A DNA stretch of 64,000 nt from an uncultured bacterium (GCA_963801165.1 CAWDDT010000005.1:192001-256000), one strand, 5' to 3'. Counted from the stretch's first letter, positions 38,598-48,963 are shown. Translations and numbers: made by a program. The notes: generated by a model not told the origin, from the sequence alone.

Positions 38598-38821
38598 GGG
38601 CGTGGGTCCCGTCGGGCGCTGCCGTAGGAGCGAAACCGATCCGGCAACGTGCGATCAGGCTTGCCGCACCCACACTGTGGCGAGGTTCACCCACCATGGG
38701 CTATCTACACCCGGCGACCGCGCATTGTGGCTGCACCCCCACTGTATGTCTTGTAGTTTGTGGCGGGTGGTGAGGAACCGCCGTACTCTCTCTTCAGGAG
38801 GGACGCCGGGGGGGACACCAC

Positions 38822-40390
38822 ATGGGCAAGGGTCGCAATACAGGGGCGCGAGTGACCACCGCACGGGCTGGCAGGTTTGAACTCAATAGCGGGACGGCGG
38901 TCGCTGCTGCCGTCGTCTTTGGCGCCCTCGTCCGTCTCGTCGATATCGGCGCTCAGAGCTACTCCATGGACGAGATCTGGGAATTCACGGTAATCCGTCT
39001 CCCCGCTCGTGAGATCGTCAAGGCCGGTGATGGCTTCCCGCCGCTGTTTCACCTGATGATCCACGGCATGTTTGCCGGTGGTCTCGGGGACATCTCGGCC
39101 CGAGTCCTCTCGGCGATCCTGGGGATCGTCACGGTGTGGTTGGCCAGCAGGCTCGGCAGACGAATCGACCCGAAGCTCGGTGCCGCCGCTGCGTTTGCGG
39201 TCGCGGTCGCTCCGCTGCTGGTGCTCTTGTCCAAGGAAGGCAGGGCATATGGACTGTTCATCCTCCTCGCCGGCCTCCTCCTGCTGGCGACGTGGGATGT
39301 CATAGACACCAACACTCCCAGAGCGTGGTCCGGCTTCATCGTCGTCGCCGTTCTCGGCATGTACACCCACTACATGTTCTCGCTGGCTCTGGTGGCGGCC
39401 GAGATCGTGATCATCTACAACATGGGACGCGATCCCGCCCGATGGCGACGCTGGCTTCTCGGGCATTGTGTGCTCGCGGTCCTTCTCATCCCGCTCGTGT
39501 ACGTCGCCATCCCGGACTTCGGGCTCGATGCGTCCAACGACTATTCGCCAACGGTCGGCATCCTCGAGATCGGATATGCCGGTCTGTCGCTGTTCACCGG
39601 AACGACCCTCGGACCGTCAACCCGCGCACTGCACACCGCTGGCAGCATCGCGGCGATTCGCAGCGCCCTTCCCTGGGTAATCATGATCGGCGTGCCCGCG
39701 CTGTACCTCGCGTATCTGGGGTGGCGGGCTCTCTCCACCGACTGGCGGATCCGGCTGGGAGTCCCGTTCGTCGTTCCTGTCGTGTTGCTCAGCACCATCT
39801 CGGCGCTGGTCGGGACCGCTTTTCGAGTCCGCTATCTCTCCTGGCTGGTCATACCCCTTGCCCTATGGCTCGCTGCGGGATGGTTACGTGGCAAGGGGAC
39901 TCTCCGCCACATCGCCGTCGGCTTGCTCGTCCTGTCGAGTGTGATCGCGATGGTCACTCGTGACACGATCGACGACTACCGGGTCGAAGACGCCCGCGGC
40001 GCTGCCCATTACATAGCCGACCACCCCGATCTGCCTGCGGTCGGCATGGCCTGGTACATGACAAGGCCAATCGAGTACTACCTGGGCCTCACGAGCGCCA
40101 CCGCACTGCCCGCGACCGACGGACCAGACCGGTTCCTCTATCACCAGGAGCCGGACGACCGGATCGTTCCGCTTCCGAATCTGGAGGATGAAAGCCACGA
40201 TGTGACCGCCCAGGACGAGGTGCTGGACGCCGCTGTACCGTTAGGTCAGGAATACCTGTTCGTGGTCACCCGGCAATTCCACGCCGACCCCGACGGAACG
40301 TATCTCGATCACCGGGTCGCCGAAGACGGGCTAGTACCGGTTGCGCATTTTGCGGGAATCACCATATATAAGGGAGTGCGAGGTAGTTAG
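38822..40390 (+). CDS. GT39/GT83-like GT-C membrane glycosyltransferase
   Basis: QSYSMDE, FPPLFH, EGRAYG and YTHY motifs with many TM segments. Confidence 0.8.
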   Translation: MGKGRNTGARVTTARAGRFELNSGTAVAAAVVFGALVRLVDIGAQSYSMDEIWEFTVIRLPAREIVKAGDGFPPLFHLMIHGMFAGGLGDISARVLSAILGIVTVWLASRLGRRIDPKLGAAAAFAVAVAPLLVLLSKEGRAYGLFILLAGLLLLATWDVIDTNTPRAWSGFIVVAVLGMYTHYMFSLALVAAEIVIIYNMGRDPARWRRWLLGHCVLAVLLIPLVYVAIPDFGLDASNDYSPTVGILEIGYAGLSLFTGTTLGPSTRALHTAGSIAAIRSALPWVIMIGVPALYLAYLGWRALSTDWRIRLGVPFVVPVVLLSTISALVGTAFRVRYLSWLVIPLALWLAAGWLRGKGTLRHIAVGLLVLSSVIAMVTRDTIDDYRVEDARGAAHYIADHPDLPAVGMAWYMTRPIEYYLGLTSATALPATDGPDRFLYHQEPDDRIVPLPNLEDESHDVTAQDEVLDAAVPLGQEYLFVVTRQFHADPDGTYLDHRVAEDGLVPVAHFAGITIYKGVRGS

Positions 40391-40425
40391 TGAACACCCA
40401 CACCGAGATTCAGAGAGGTCGCACG

Positions 40426-41007
40426 ATGATCGCAGACGATGCCCGTATCGAGCCAGGAGCCAAGATAGGCGAAGGTACACACATCTGGCATCGCGCACAG
40501 GTGCGGTCGGGTGCCGTGCTCGGCGAGCAATGCGTCATCGGCAGCGGTGCGTTCATCGATACCGGGGTCGTGATTGGTGACAGGTGCAAGATCCAGAACG
40601 CGGCGCAGATCTTCGCCCCGGCACGCCTCGGCGACGGAGTGTTCATCGGTCCGGCCGCCATCCTCACCAACGACAAGTCGCCCCGCGCCGTCAACGAGGC
40701 GGGGGAGCCGAAGTCGGCAACCGATTGGAACGCGGAGGCGGTGATCGTCGAGGAAGGAGCCAGCATCGGTGCAGGCGCTGTTGTCGTCGCCGGAATCACT
40801 ATCGGACGGTGGGCAATGGTCGCCGCCGGAGCGGTGATCACGCGAGACGTTCTCGACCACGAGCTCGTCGGCGGCGTTCCCGCAACCAACATGGGGTGGG
40901 TGGCCCGCAACGGTGACCGGATGGTACGCCACGGAGAGACGTGGCGGTCACCAGACGGTCGCCTGTATGTGACCCAGATCACCGGACTAGTGGAGGTCGA
41001 CGCATGA
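40426..41007 (+). CDS. Hexapeptide-repeat sugar N-acetyltransferase (WbpD/WlbB-like)
   Basis: IGEGTHIWH, CKIQN, FIGPAAILTND and GRWAMVAAGAV motifs. Confidence 0.88.
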   Translation: MIADDARIEPGAKIGEGTHIWHRAQVRSGAVLGEQCVIGSGAFIDTGVVIGDRCKIQNAAQIFAPARLGDGVFIGPAAILTNDKSPRAVNEAGEPKSATDWNAEAVIVEEGASIGAGAVVVAGITIGRWAMVAAGAVITRDVLDHELVGGVPATNMGWVARNGDRMVRHGETWRSPDGRLYVTQITGLVEVDA

Positions 41008-42080
41008 TTCACCAGGCCTCACCGATCATCGGAGACGAGGAGATCGCAGCGGTGACCGCTGTGATGCGCTCCGGAATGCTCGCTCAAGGGGCGGAAGTAG
41101 CTGCCTTCGAAGATGAGTTTGCCACGGCATTCGACGCCGGTGCCGCCGCCGCCGTCAACAATGGAACCACGGCGCTCGTTGTGGCCCTCCAGGCAGCCGG
41201 GCTCCAGCCGGGCGACGAGGTCATCGTTCCCTCGTTCACGTTCGCCGCCACCGCAAATGCGGTTGCCCTCCTCGGGGCAGTTCCGGTGTTCGCCGACATT
41301 GATCCGGACACGTATTGCATCGACCCCGACGACGTGGCTGCGCTCGTTACCGATCGCACCCGTGCCGTGATCCCCGTCCACCTCTACGGACACATGGCAC
41401 CGATGCAAGCGCTCCGCCCGATAGCAACCGACCACGAGCTCATCCTCATCGAGGACGCCGCTCAGGCGCACGGCGCCCGACGCAACGGCCTCCCGGTGGG
41501 TGCGCTCTCGGATCTCAGCGCCTACAGCTTCTACCCGACGAAGAACATGACAACCGGCGAGGGCGGGATGATCACCGGCCATGAAGCCGCCCTCATCGAA
41601 AGGGTGCGGCTGCTCCGCAACCATGGGATGGCCCAGCGCTATCACCACGACATCATCGGCTCCAACGGCCGGATGACGGACATGGCGGCCGCAATCGGCC
41701 GGGTACAGCTCCGCAAGCTGCCGGGTTGGAACGACCGTCGTCGTGAGATCGCCGCCGTCTATGACCTGCATCTAGCCGGGGTGGTGCAGACGCCGCGGGT
41801 CGCCGACGACACAGTCCACGTCTACCACCAATACACGATACGCAGCGGCAAACGCGACAGCATCGTCGCCGCCTGCGGTGAAGCCGGCGTCGGGTTCGGG
41901 ATCTACTACCCGATCCCCTGCCACCATCAAGAGGCCTTCCGGCAATACGCGTCCAGTCGGGAGCTGGCGGTGACCGACGGGGCGGCCGCCGAGGTCCTGT
42001 CGCTGCCGATGAGACCAGATTTGACGGATACCGAAATCGAGCGCGTTATAGACGCGGTGACCAAAGGGGCGAAATCATGA
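41004..42080 (+). CDS. DegT/DnrJ sugar aminotransferase (WbpE/WlbC-like)
   Basis: NGTTAL, IPVHLYG, EDAAQAHG and SFYPTKNMTTGEGG motifs. Confidence 0.92.
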   Translation: MIHQASPIIGDEEIAAVTAVMRSGMLAQGAEVAAFEDEFATAFDAGAAAAVNNGTTALVVALQAAGLQPGDEVIVPSFTFAATANAVALLGAVPVFADIDPDTYCIDPDDVAALVTDRTRAVIPVHLYGHMAPMQALRPIATDHELILIEDAAQAHGARRNGLPVGALSDLSAYSFYPTKNMTTGEGGMITGHEAALIERVRLLRNHGMAQRYHHDIIGSNGRMTDMAAAIGRVQLRKLPGWNDRRREIAAVYDLHLAGVVQTPRVADDTVHVYHQYTIRSGKRDSIVAACGEAGVGFGIYYPIPCHHQEAFRQYASSRELAVTDGAAAEVLSLPMRPDLTDTEIERVIDAVTKGAKS

Positions 42081-43069
42081 CACTCAGGGTGGGGGTTCTG
42101 GGAGTAGGGGCGATGGGGCGTCATCACGCGCGGATTTGGCGCCAGATGGAGGGGGCGGAGCTTGTCGCCGTCGCTGATCCGGCCGGCGACCCCGGGCGGG
42201 CCGCGGTCGGGCTGCCCGTGGTTGCCACGTGCGAGGAGTTGCTGGACATCGGCATCGACGCCGCCTCCGTCGTCGTGCCGTCGAACCGGCACGAGGAAGT
42301 GGGTCTCAAGCTGGCCAGGGCCGGAGTGCACGCCATCATCGAGAAGCCTGTGGCCGACACCGTCGACGGTGCCCGGCGTCTCGCCAAGGAGTTCGACAGC
42401 GCCGGGCTGGTCGGCGTGGTAGGTCATGTCGAGCGCTACAACCCGGCCATCATCGAGATGCGCCGAAGGCTACAAGACGGTGAGCTCGGCCAAATCTACG
42501 CGATGTCGACCCGGCGGGTCGGCCCGTTCCCCACTCGCATCAGCGATGTGGGCGTCGTCCTCGACCTCGCAACCCATGACATCGATCTCATCAGGTCGCT
42601 CAGTGGGTCGTTCGCCACCTTGCACTCCGTGTCGCAGTCGGTAATCGCAGGTCCCAACGAAGACATCATCGAGGTCATCGGCGTGCTCGAGAGCGGGGTG
42701 ATCGCCACGATGAGCGTCAACTGGGTCAGCCCGGTCAAGGAACGAAAGGTGAGCGTCGTCGGCACCCGGGGGGCCTTCGTCGCGGACCTGCTGTCTGCGG
42801 ATCTGACGTTCTACGAGAATGGCGACGTGCGCACCGAATGGGACGACATCAGCCGGCTTCGCGGAGTCACCGAGGGCAACCGGATCACATATGCGTTCCA
42901 GAAGCGGGAGCCCCTCGTCACCGAGCTCGAGGCGTTCCGCGACGCTGTGCTCGGCGACACCGAGGCACAGATCGTGACCCTTGCCGACGGAGTTGGTGTC
43001 CTCGAGATGGCCGAAGAGCTGTTGGGTAAGCGCAGACACGACAACCCACCGTATTCCATATGCCACTGA
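42077..43069 (+). CDS. Gfo/Idh/MocA NAD-dependent sugar oxidoreductase (WbpB/WlbA-like)
   Basis: GVGAMGRHH, IEKP, GHVERYNP and DLATHDID motifs. Confidence 0.88.
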   Translation: MTLRVGVLGVGAMGRHHARIWRQMEGAELVAVADPAGDPGRAAVGLPVVATCEELLDIGIDAASVVVPSNRHEEVGLKLARAGVHAIIEKPVADTVDGARRLAKEFDSAGLVGVVGHVERYNPAIIEMRRRLQDGELGQIYAMSTRRVGPFPTRISDVGVVLDLATHDIDLIRSLSGSFATLHSVSQSVIAGPNEDIIEVIGVLESGVIATMSVNWVSPVKERKVSVVGTRGAFVADLLSADLTFYENGDVRTEWDDISRLRGVTEGNRITYAFQKREPLVTELEAFRDAVLGDTEAQIVTLADGVGVLEMAEELLGKRRHDNPPYSICH

Positions 43070-44163
43070 AGACGCTCACAGTTGTCGGCGCCAGGCCGGA
43101 GTTCGTGCAGACCGCCCCTCTGGCTAGGGAGATCGCACATCGGGATGGGATCACCGGTGGTCTCATCCACACCGGCCAGCACTACGACTATGAGATGTCC
43201 GAGCTGTTCTTCTCCCAGCTCGACCTCCCCGAGCCGCTCTACCACCTCGGTGTCGGCTCGGGCTCCCACGGGGTTCAGACCGGCGCCATGCTCGCCGCCC
43301 TCGACCGCGTGTATCTAGCTGAGCGTCCGGACATCGTGATCACACACGGTGACACCAACTCGACTCTGGCGGCAGCCCTGTCGGCTGCCAAGCTCGGAAT
43401 CACCGTCGCCCACGTCGAGGCCGGGCTGCGGTCGTGGAACCGGGTGATGCCCGAGGAGCTCAACCGGGTGGTCGCCGATCATCTCGCGGACCTGCTCTTC
43501 TGCCCTGGTGCGGCCGCCGCGGCGAATCTCGCCGGCGAGGGCATCACCAACGGCGTGCATGTGGTCGGCGACCTGATGCTCGACTCACTCAACTGGACGA
43601 TGAAGTCGGTAGACGCTGTAGCGACGCTCGACCGGCATGGCCTGGCGGCGGGCGAGTACTTCTTCGCGACTATCCACCGCGCCGAGAACACCGATGATCC
43701 CCACCGTCTCGCGGCGATACTCGAAGGGCTCGGCCGGGTGGGCAGGGACCACACGGTCGTGCTGCCTGCACACCCGAGGACTCGCCCGCGCATTCGGGAC
43801 CTCGGCGTACCCGCAGGCGTTCGCCTCATCGACCCGGTAGGACACCCGGAGGCGATGGCCCTCGTCCAGAACGCCCGGGTCGTGCTCACCGACTCGGGAG
43901 GGCTACAGAAGGAGGTCTACTGGCTGGGCACGCCGTGTGTGACGGTGCGCACCGAGACCGAATGGGTAGAGACGGTAGCCACCGGATGGAACCGCCTCGC
44001 CGATGCCGACCCGGCCGCCATCGAGCTTGCCGTCAAGATGGCGCTCACCGACACCCCACCGCATCCCGAGCTCTACGGCGACGGGCACGCGGCTCGCCAC
44101 ATCGTCGATCGTCTTCTCGCCCACGGCGCCGAACCCGAAAATCCCCTGGAGGAACGATGGTAG
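43060..44163 (+). CDS. Non-hydrolysing UDP-GlcNAc 2-epimerase family (WecB/WbpI-like)
   Basis: VVGARPEF, HTGQHYD, GDTNSTLA, HVEAGLRS and TDSGGLQKE motifs. Confidence 0.92.
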   Translation: MPLKTLTVVGARPEFVQTAPLAREIAHRDGITGGLIHTGQHYDYEMSELFFSQLDLPEPLYHLGVGSGSHGVQTGAMLAALDRVYLAERPDIVITHGDTNSTLAAALSAAKLGITVAHVEAGLRSWNRVMPEELNRVVADHLADLLFCPGAAAAANLAGEGITNGVHVVGDLMLDSLNWTMKSVDAVATLDRHGLAAGEYFFATIHRAENTDDPHRLAAILEGLGRVGRDHTVVLPAHPRTRPRIRDLGVPAGVRLIDPVGHPEAMALVQNARVVLTDSGGLQKEVYWLGTPCVTVRTETEWVETVATGWNRLADADPAAIELAVKMALTDTPPHPELYGDGHAARHIVDRLLAHGAEPENPLEERW

Positions 44164-45491
44164 AAGGACCGACACGATGGGGGATCGTCGGCGGCGGTAT
44201 GCTCGGCATGGAACTGGCCCGGCAGCTGGCGCGGGCCCGAGGCGTGGTCACGGTCTTCGAGGCTGCGTCGGAACCGGGCGGTCTTGCTATGACCTGGGAG
44301 ATAGCGGGCACCCGGTGGGACAAGCACTATCACGTGATCCTTCCGACCGACACGCGTCTCGTCGCCTTGCTCGATGAGCTCGGGCTCGGTGGCGACATCG
44401 CTTGGGAGAAATCGTCGACCGGGCTCTTCGCCGGAGGCAAGCTCTACTCGGTTTCGAGCACCAGCGAGTTTCTCCGGCTGCCGTCACTTCGGCTCATCGA
44501 CAAGTTCCGGCTCGGAGTCACGATGCTGTACGCCTCCCGGGTCAACGATTGGGAACGGCTCGAGAAGATCTCTGCCGAGAAATGGCTGTCCCGCTGGTCG
44601 GGAGCCCGGGCCTACCGGGAGTTCTGGAGACCGCTGTTGCGGTCGAAGCTGGGCGGTAACGCGGATCTGGCGTCGGCGGCGTTCATCTGGGCGATCATGA
44701 AACGGCTGTATCGGGCCCGCACGTCGGGCGCCAAGGTCGAGAAGCTCGGGTTCGTACGCGGCGGCTACGCCCAGGTGCTTGACGCTCTGGTTGCGGCCAT
44801 CGCCGACGCCGGGGTCGAGCTACGCACCAGCGCCCCGGTGGAGCAGGTGAAGGCGAACAGCGACGGCAGGGTGACCGTCACAGAGAGCAACGGCACCCAG
44901 CACGAGTTCGACCGGGTTGTGGTAACCACGGCGGCGCCGCTCATCGGCCGCATCGTCGAGGGTCTGACCGCCACCGAGCGAGCCCGTCTCGATGGAATCG
45001 TCTACCAGGGCATCGTATGTGCGTCGCTGGTGTTCGACCGTCCCCTCGGTGGCTTCTACGTCACCAACATCACCGACGATGGGTTCCCATTCACGGGTGT
45101 CATCGAGATGTCGGCCCTGACCGGAACCGAGATCTTCGGTGGCAAGCACCTCGTATTCCTCCCCCGCTACACCACCGCCGACGACGAAGCGTGGAGCTGG
45201 AGCGACGACGAGGCCGTTGCCCGGTTCACCTCCGGTCTGCAACGCATGTACCCGGACCTCGCTCCTGATGCGATCGTCGAGGCCAAGGTCTCGCGGGTTC
45301 GCAACGTGCTCGCCGTCTCCACCATCAACCATTCTCAATCGATCCCACCGCTGTGGACCTCGGTCCCGGGAGTGGCGATCGTCAGCTCGGCGCAGATCCT
45401 GCACGGCACGCTGAACGTCGACGAGACGCTTGGTGTGATCGAGGCCGCGCTGCCCGGGCTTCTCGGCGACAAAGGAACCACAGATGACTAG
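44157..45491 (+). CDS. FAD-dependent oxidoreductase (HemY/amine-oxidase/UGM-like fold) in a glycan locus
   Basis: IVGGGMLG, EPGGLA, WDKHYHVI and PFTGVIE motifs. Confidence 0.8.
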   Translation: MVEGPTRWGIVGGGMLGMELARQLARARGVVTVFEAASEPGGLAMTWEIAGTRWDKHYHVILPTDTRLVALLDELGLGGDIAWEKSSTGLFAGGKLYSVSSTSEFLRLPSLRLIDKFRLGVTMLYASRVNDWERLEKISAEKWLSRWSGARAYREFWRPLLRSKLGGNADLASAAFIWAIMKRLYRARTSGAKVEKLGFVRGGYAQVLDALVAAIADAGVELRTSAPVEQVKANSDGRVTVTESNGTQHEFDRVVVTTAAPLIGRIVEGLTATERARLDGIVYQGIVCASLVFDRPLGGFYVTNITDDGFPFTGVIEMSALTGTEIFGGKHLVFLPRYTTADDEAWSWSDDEAVARFTSGLQRMYPDLAPDAIVEAKVSRVRNVLAVSTINHSQSIPPLWTSVPGVAIVSSAQILHGTLNVDETLGVIEAALPGLLGDKGTTDD

Positions 45492-46464
45492 GAAACCCGC
45501 CCCCCTCTCCCTCGACCTCGACAACAAGTGGTCGTATCTGAAGACTCACGGTGAAGATTCGTGGCAGTCGTTCCCGAGCTATCTCGACACCATCGTCCCC
45601 CGTGCGCTCGACATGCTCGCCGAGCGCGGGTGGAACATCACATGGTTCATCGTCGGCAAGGACGCCGACACCCCCTCCAACGGGGACGTCCTGCGGTCGA
45701 TCGTCGACGCCGGCCATGAGATCGGAAACCACAGCTACCTGCACGAGCCGTGGCTGCATCAGTACACGAAGGCCCAGCTCGTCGACGACCTGGGCAGAGC
45801 ACACGATGCGATCGCCAAGGCAACCGGTGCTGCGCCGGTCGGGTTCCGGGGCCCGGGTTTCAGCCTTTCGGAGAACACGCTCGAGGTGCTGAAGTCGCTC
45901 GGGTACGGGTTCGATGCCACCACGTTCCCCAACATCCTCAACCCGGTCAGCCGTCTCTACTACCTGCGCACCAGCAACCTCTCCGACGAGGAGAAGGAGA
46001 AGCGCAAGGCGCTCTTCGGGACCACCAAAGATGCACTCCGGGCCAACCGCCCGTACGAGTGGCTCCTCCAGAACGGGGAGAAGATCGCCGAGGTGCCGGT
46101 AACAACGATGCCGCTGTTCCGGGTGCCGATCCATTTCAGCTACGTCATATGGCTGAGCGGCAAGTCGATGTTCCTTGCCCGAACGTACTGGCGGATGTCG
46201 CTCGCCATGTGCCGCCTGGCCGGAACGGTTCCGTCGCTGCTCATGCATCCGCTCGACTTCCTGGGAAGCGACGACGAGCCGGAGCTCGGGTTCTTCCCCG
46301 GCATGGACATGCCCGCCGGAAGGAAGGCGGAAGTCCTCCACGAGCTGCTCGACATGTGGGCGGCGCACTACGAGGCGATGCCCATCGGCCGGTATGTGAA
46401 TCAGCTCAGCGGTCTCAAGACTCGTCGTCCTGATCTGATGAAAGCCGAGGCGGCAAGTCGTTAG
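45484..46464 (+). CDS. Polysaccharide deacetylase (CE4)
   Basis: SLDLD, GHEIGNHSYLH, GFRGPGF and LMHPLD motifs. Confidence 0.88.
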   Translation: MTRKPAPLSLDLDNKWSYLKTHGEDSWQSFPSYLDTIVPRALDMLAERGWNITWFIVGKDADTPSNGDVLRSIVDAGHEIGNHSYLHEPWLHQYTKAQLVDDLGRAHDAIAKATGAAPVGFRGPGFSLSENTLEVLKSLGYGFDATTFPNILNPVSRLYYLRTSNLSDEEKEKRKALFGTTKDALRANRPYEWLLQNGEKIAEVPVTTMPLFRVPIHFSYVIWLSGKSMFLARTYWRMSLAMCRLAGTVPSLLMHPLDFLGSDDEPELGFFPGMDMPAGRKAEVLHELLDMWAAHYEAMPIGRYVNQLSGLKTRRPDLMKAEAASR

Positions 46465-47491
46465 TGCGGCTGAGGATTGAGGTCCCCAGGTGGAAGATCT
46501 CCTCGAAGTAGCGCTTCTGCTGCGCCGACATGATCCCGAGACTGACCAGCTGGATCGATACCAACAGTGAGATCCCGCCCACGATGAAGCTGTGCGGCGA
46601 GAAGGCATAGGCCCGGGCAACCGCGGCCGAGAACGAGGCCTCTGCTCCCGGGGGAACGTTGAGCAGCTGATGGATCGTGTGATACGCCGACCACCCGAGC
46701 GAGTACACCGCGGCAATCGCGACCAGCAACCCGGGAACGATGAAGTAGAAGAACGGACGGAACAGGAAGCTGGAGAAGCCCTGACCCAGGATGCCGCGCA
46801 AGATGCGGATGCTCGAGCCACGCTCGGGCACCTCCAACTGGTTGCTCCAGTCCAGGTGGGCGGGGATCTCGACTATGTGCGCCCGCAATACCTGGGCCTT
46901 GTAGATGATCTCGGTGTTGATCTCGAAGTCCCACGCTTTGAGGTTGAGTTTGTGCAGAAACACCGTGTCGTAAGCCCGCACCATCCCCGTGAGAGTCGAG
47001 AAGTTGCCCTTTGCGCTCAGCGAGAGAAGCTTGTTGGCCCAGCGGCTCAGCTTCTCCCGGAACCACGGCACCGCGGTGACCTTGCCACCTTTGATATATG
47101 GTGAGGCGATGACCACCTTCGCCCTCGTCTCGACGATGGCGTCGGCAAGAGCCCCAATGTGCTCGGGACCGTAGCTGAGGTCGGAGTCGAGGACGATTGT
47201 GTAGTCGCCGCGGGCATTGGCGAACGCGTACCGTAACGCCTGGCCGAGGTTGAAATTGGTGTGGTGGTGCAACGCCCGGATGCGGGCGTCTTTGGCGGCG
47301 TACTGATCGATGATCTCTCCGGTGTTGTCACGGCTGCCATCATTGATGGCGAGGATCTCCCACGTGTAGCGGTCTTCGATCCCGGTGAGATACGCGACGA
47401 CCTGATCGAGGGTGTCGGCGATCAGCGCCTCCTCGTTGTAGGCGGGCAACACGACAGTGAGCGATGGGAGCCGTCCGGGCTTGTCATTCAT
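46415..47491 (-). CDS. GT2 glycosyltransferase, polyprenol-phosphate sugar synthase-like with C-terminal TMs
   Basis: VVLPAYNEE, NDGSRD and LDSDLS motifs plus two TM helices. Confidence 0.9.
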   Translation of the reverse strand: MNDKPGRLPSLTVVLPAYNEEALIADTLDQVVAYLTGIEDRYTWEILAINDGSRDNTGEIIDQYAAKDARIRALHHHTNFNLGQALRYAFANARGDYTIVLDSDLSYGPEHIGALADAIVETRAKVVIASPYIKGGKVTAVPWFREKLSRWANKLLSLSAKGNFSTLTGMVRAYDTVFLHKLNLKAWDFEINTEIIYKAQVLRAHIVEIPAHLDWSNQLEVPERGSSIRILRGILGQGFSSFLFRPFFYFIVPGLLVAIAAVYSLGWSAYHTIHQLLNVPPGAEASFSAAVARAYAFSPHSFIVGGISLLVSIQLVSLGIMSAQQKRYFEEIFHLGTSILSRTNDLPPRLSSDQDDES

Positions 47492-47685
47492 ATCCACACG
47501 ATCGTCATTCTGGCACTCGACCTTCACCATTCTCTCGTCCACCTATCGTTCCTGGGTCATCTTGTGTCAAAATGGCCCCCATGCGGACCAACCGGCCACA
47601 AGAACGACGACGCCAGCTCTTTGCGGCTCCCTGACGTTGCGCCGCGCAGTCCCTCTCGTTCTAATCCATCCGCAAAGGAGCCCCC

Positions 47686-48954
47686 ATGTCCGATCTGGTA
47701 TCACGACAAAGAGAAGTGATCGCCCCTCTGTTTGCATTCGAGACCGATGACGAAGTCATCGATTCCGAAGGCACCTGGCTGATAACCCGCAGCGGGAAAC
47801 GGCTGCTCGACTTCACGTGTGGCATCGCCGTCAGCAACCTCGGCCACCAGCCACCGCACGTCAAACGGGCCATCATCCAGCAGGTCAACGAAGTTTGGCA
47901 TTCCGGTTCGACCTTCCGCTACCGGTCACTCGTCGAGTGGGCGGAGAACCTGCGCAGCGTCACCCCCGACGGCATCGAGACGTTCATGCCTATGAACTCC
48001 GGCGCTGAGTCGGTCGAGGGTGCGGTGAAGCTGGCGAGAAAGACCAGCGGTCGGCAGGGCATCGTCGCCTTCCGCGGCGGGTTCCACGGCAGGACGATGG
48101 GCGCGGTCTCGTACACGACCTCCAAAGCCAAGTACCGGCAGGGCTACCACCCACTGGTGGGGTCTGTCTTCATTGCCCCCTACCCGTGGCCGTTCCGCTG
48201 GAAGCTGGATCAGGAAGCCGCGTCGGCGCGCGCTCTCGAGGAGCTCGACTATCTGCTCAAGCATGAGATCACACCCGGCGAGGTGGCCGCGTTCCTGGTG
48301 GAACCGATGCAGGGAGAGGGCGGCTATTACCCGGGCGGCAAGACGTTTCTCCAGGGTCTGCGGGACCGCGCCGACGAGCACGGCATCCTGCTGATCATGG
48401 ACGAGGTCCAGACCGGTTTCGGTCGCACGGGTGACTGGTTCACGTCGCAGATCTACGGGATCCGCCCCGACATCCTCGTGATGGGCAAAGGTATCGCCAA
48501 CGGTCTCCCCCTCTCGGCCTTCGGGGCTTCCAAGGAGCTGATGGCCTCCTGGCCGCCCGGCTCGCACGGAACCACCTACGGCGGCAACCCGATCGCCTGC
48601 GCCGCATCGGCGGCCACGATCGAGGCCTTGCACGGCGTGGTTCCCAACGTGAACAAGCTCTCCGACCATGCGTTCGATCGCTGGATCGAGCTGAAGGAAC
48701 AGCACCCGACGATCGGCGACGTCCGTGGTCTCGGTCTGATGATCGGTGTCGAGCTGGTCAAGAAGGACGGCCATACGCCCGATCCCGACGCCTTCCCGGC
48801 CATCGGCGGCTACGCCCGGGAGCACGACATGCTGATCCTCCCCTGCGGACCCGACACGAACATCATCCGCTTCATCCCCCCGCTCAACGTCTCGACCGAG
48901 GAGCTGGACATGGGGATCGACATCCTCGCAGACGCCCTCACGGATTATGAGTAA
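47686..48954 (+). CDS. Class III PLP aminotransferase (GabT-like)
   Basis: NSGAESVE, FHGRT, EPMQGEGG, DEVQTGFGRTG and HGTTYGGNP motifs. Confidence 0.92.
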   Translation: MSDLVSRQREVIAPLFAFETDDEVIDSEGTWLITRSGKRLLDFTCGIAVSNLGHQPPHVKRAIIQQVNEVWHSGSTFRYRSLVEWAENLRSVTPDGIETFMPMNSGAESVEGAVKLARKTSGRQGIVAFRGGFHGRTMGAVSYTTSKAKYRQGYHPLVGSVFIAPYPWPFRWKLDQEAASARALEELDYLLKHEITPGEVAAFLVEPMQGEGGYYPGGKTFLQGLRDRADEHGILLIMDEVQTGFGRTGDWFTSQIYGIRPDILVMGKGIANGLPLSAFGASKELMASWPPGSHGTTYGGNPIACAASAATIEALHGVVPNVNKLSDHAFDRWIELKEQHPTIGDVRGLGLMIGVELVKKDGHTPDPDAFPAIGGYAREHDMLILPCGPDTNIIRFIPPLNVSTEELDMGIDILADALTDYE

Positions 48955-48963
48955 TACCGGGCG

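Noticed and set aside
38598-38821. GTAGGAGCG-containing intergenic stretch as a further REP or riboswitch
   Set aside because: Only weak pairing and no second copy in the window.
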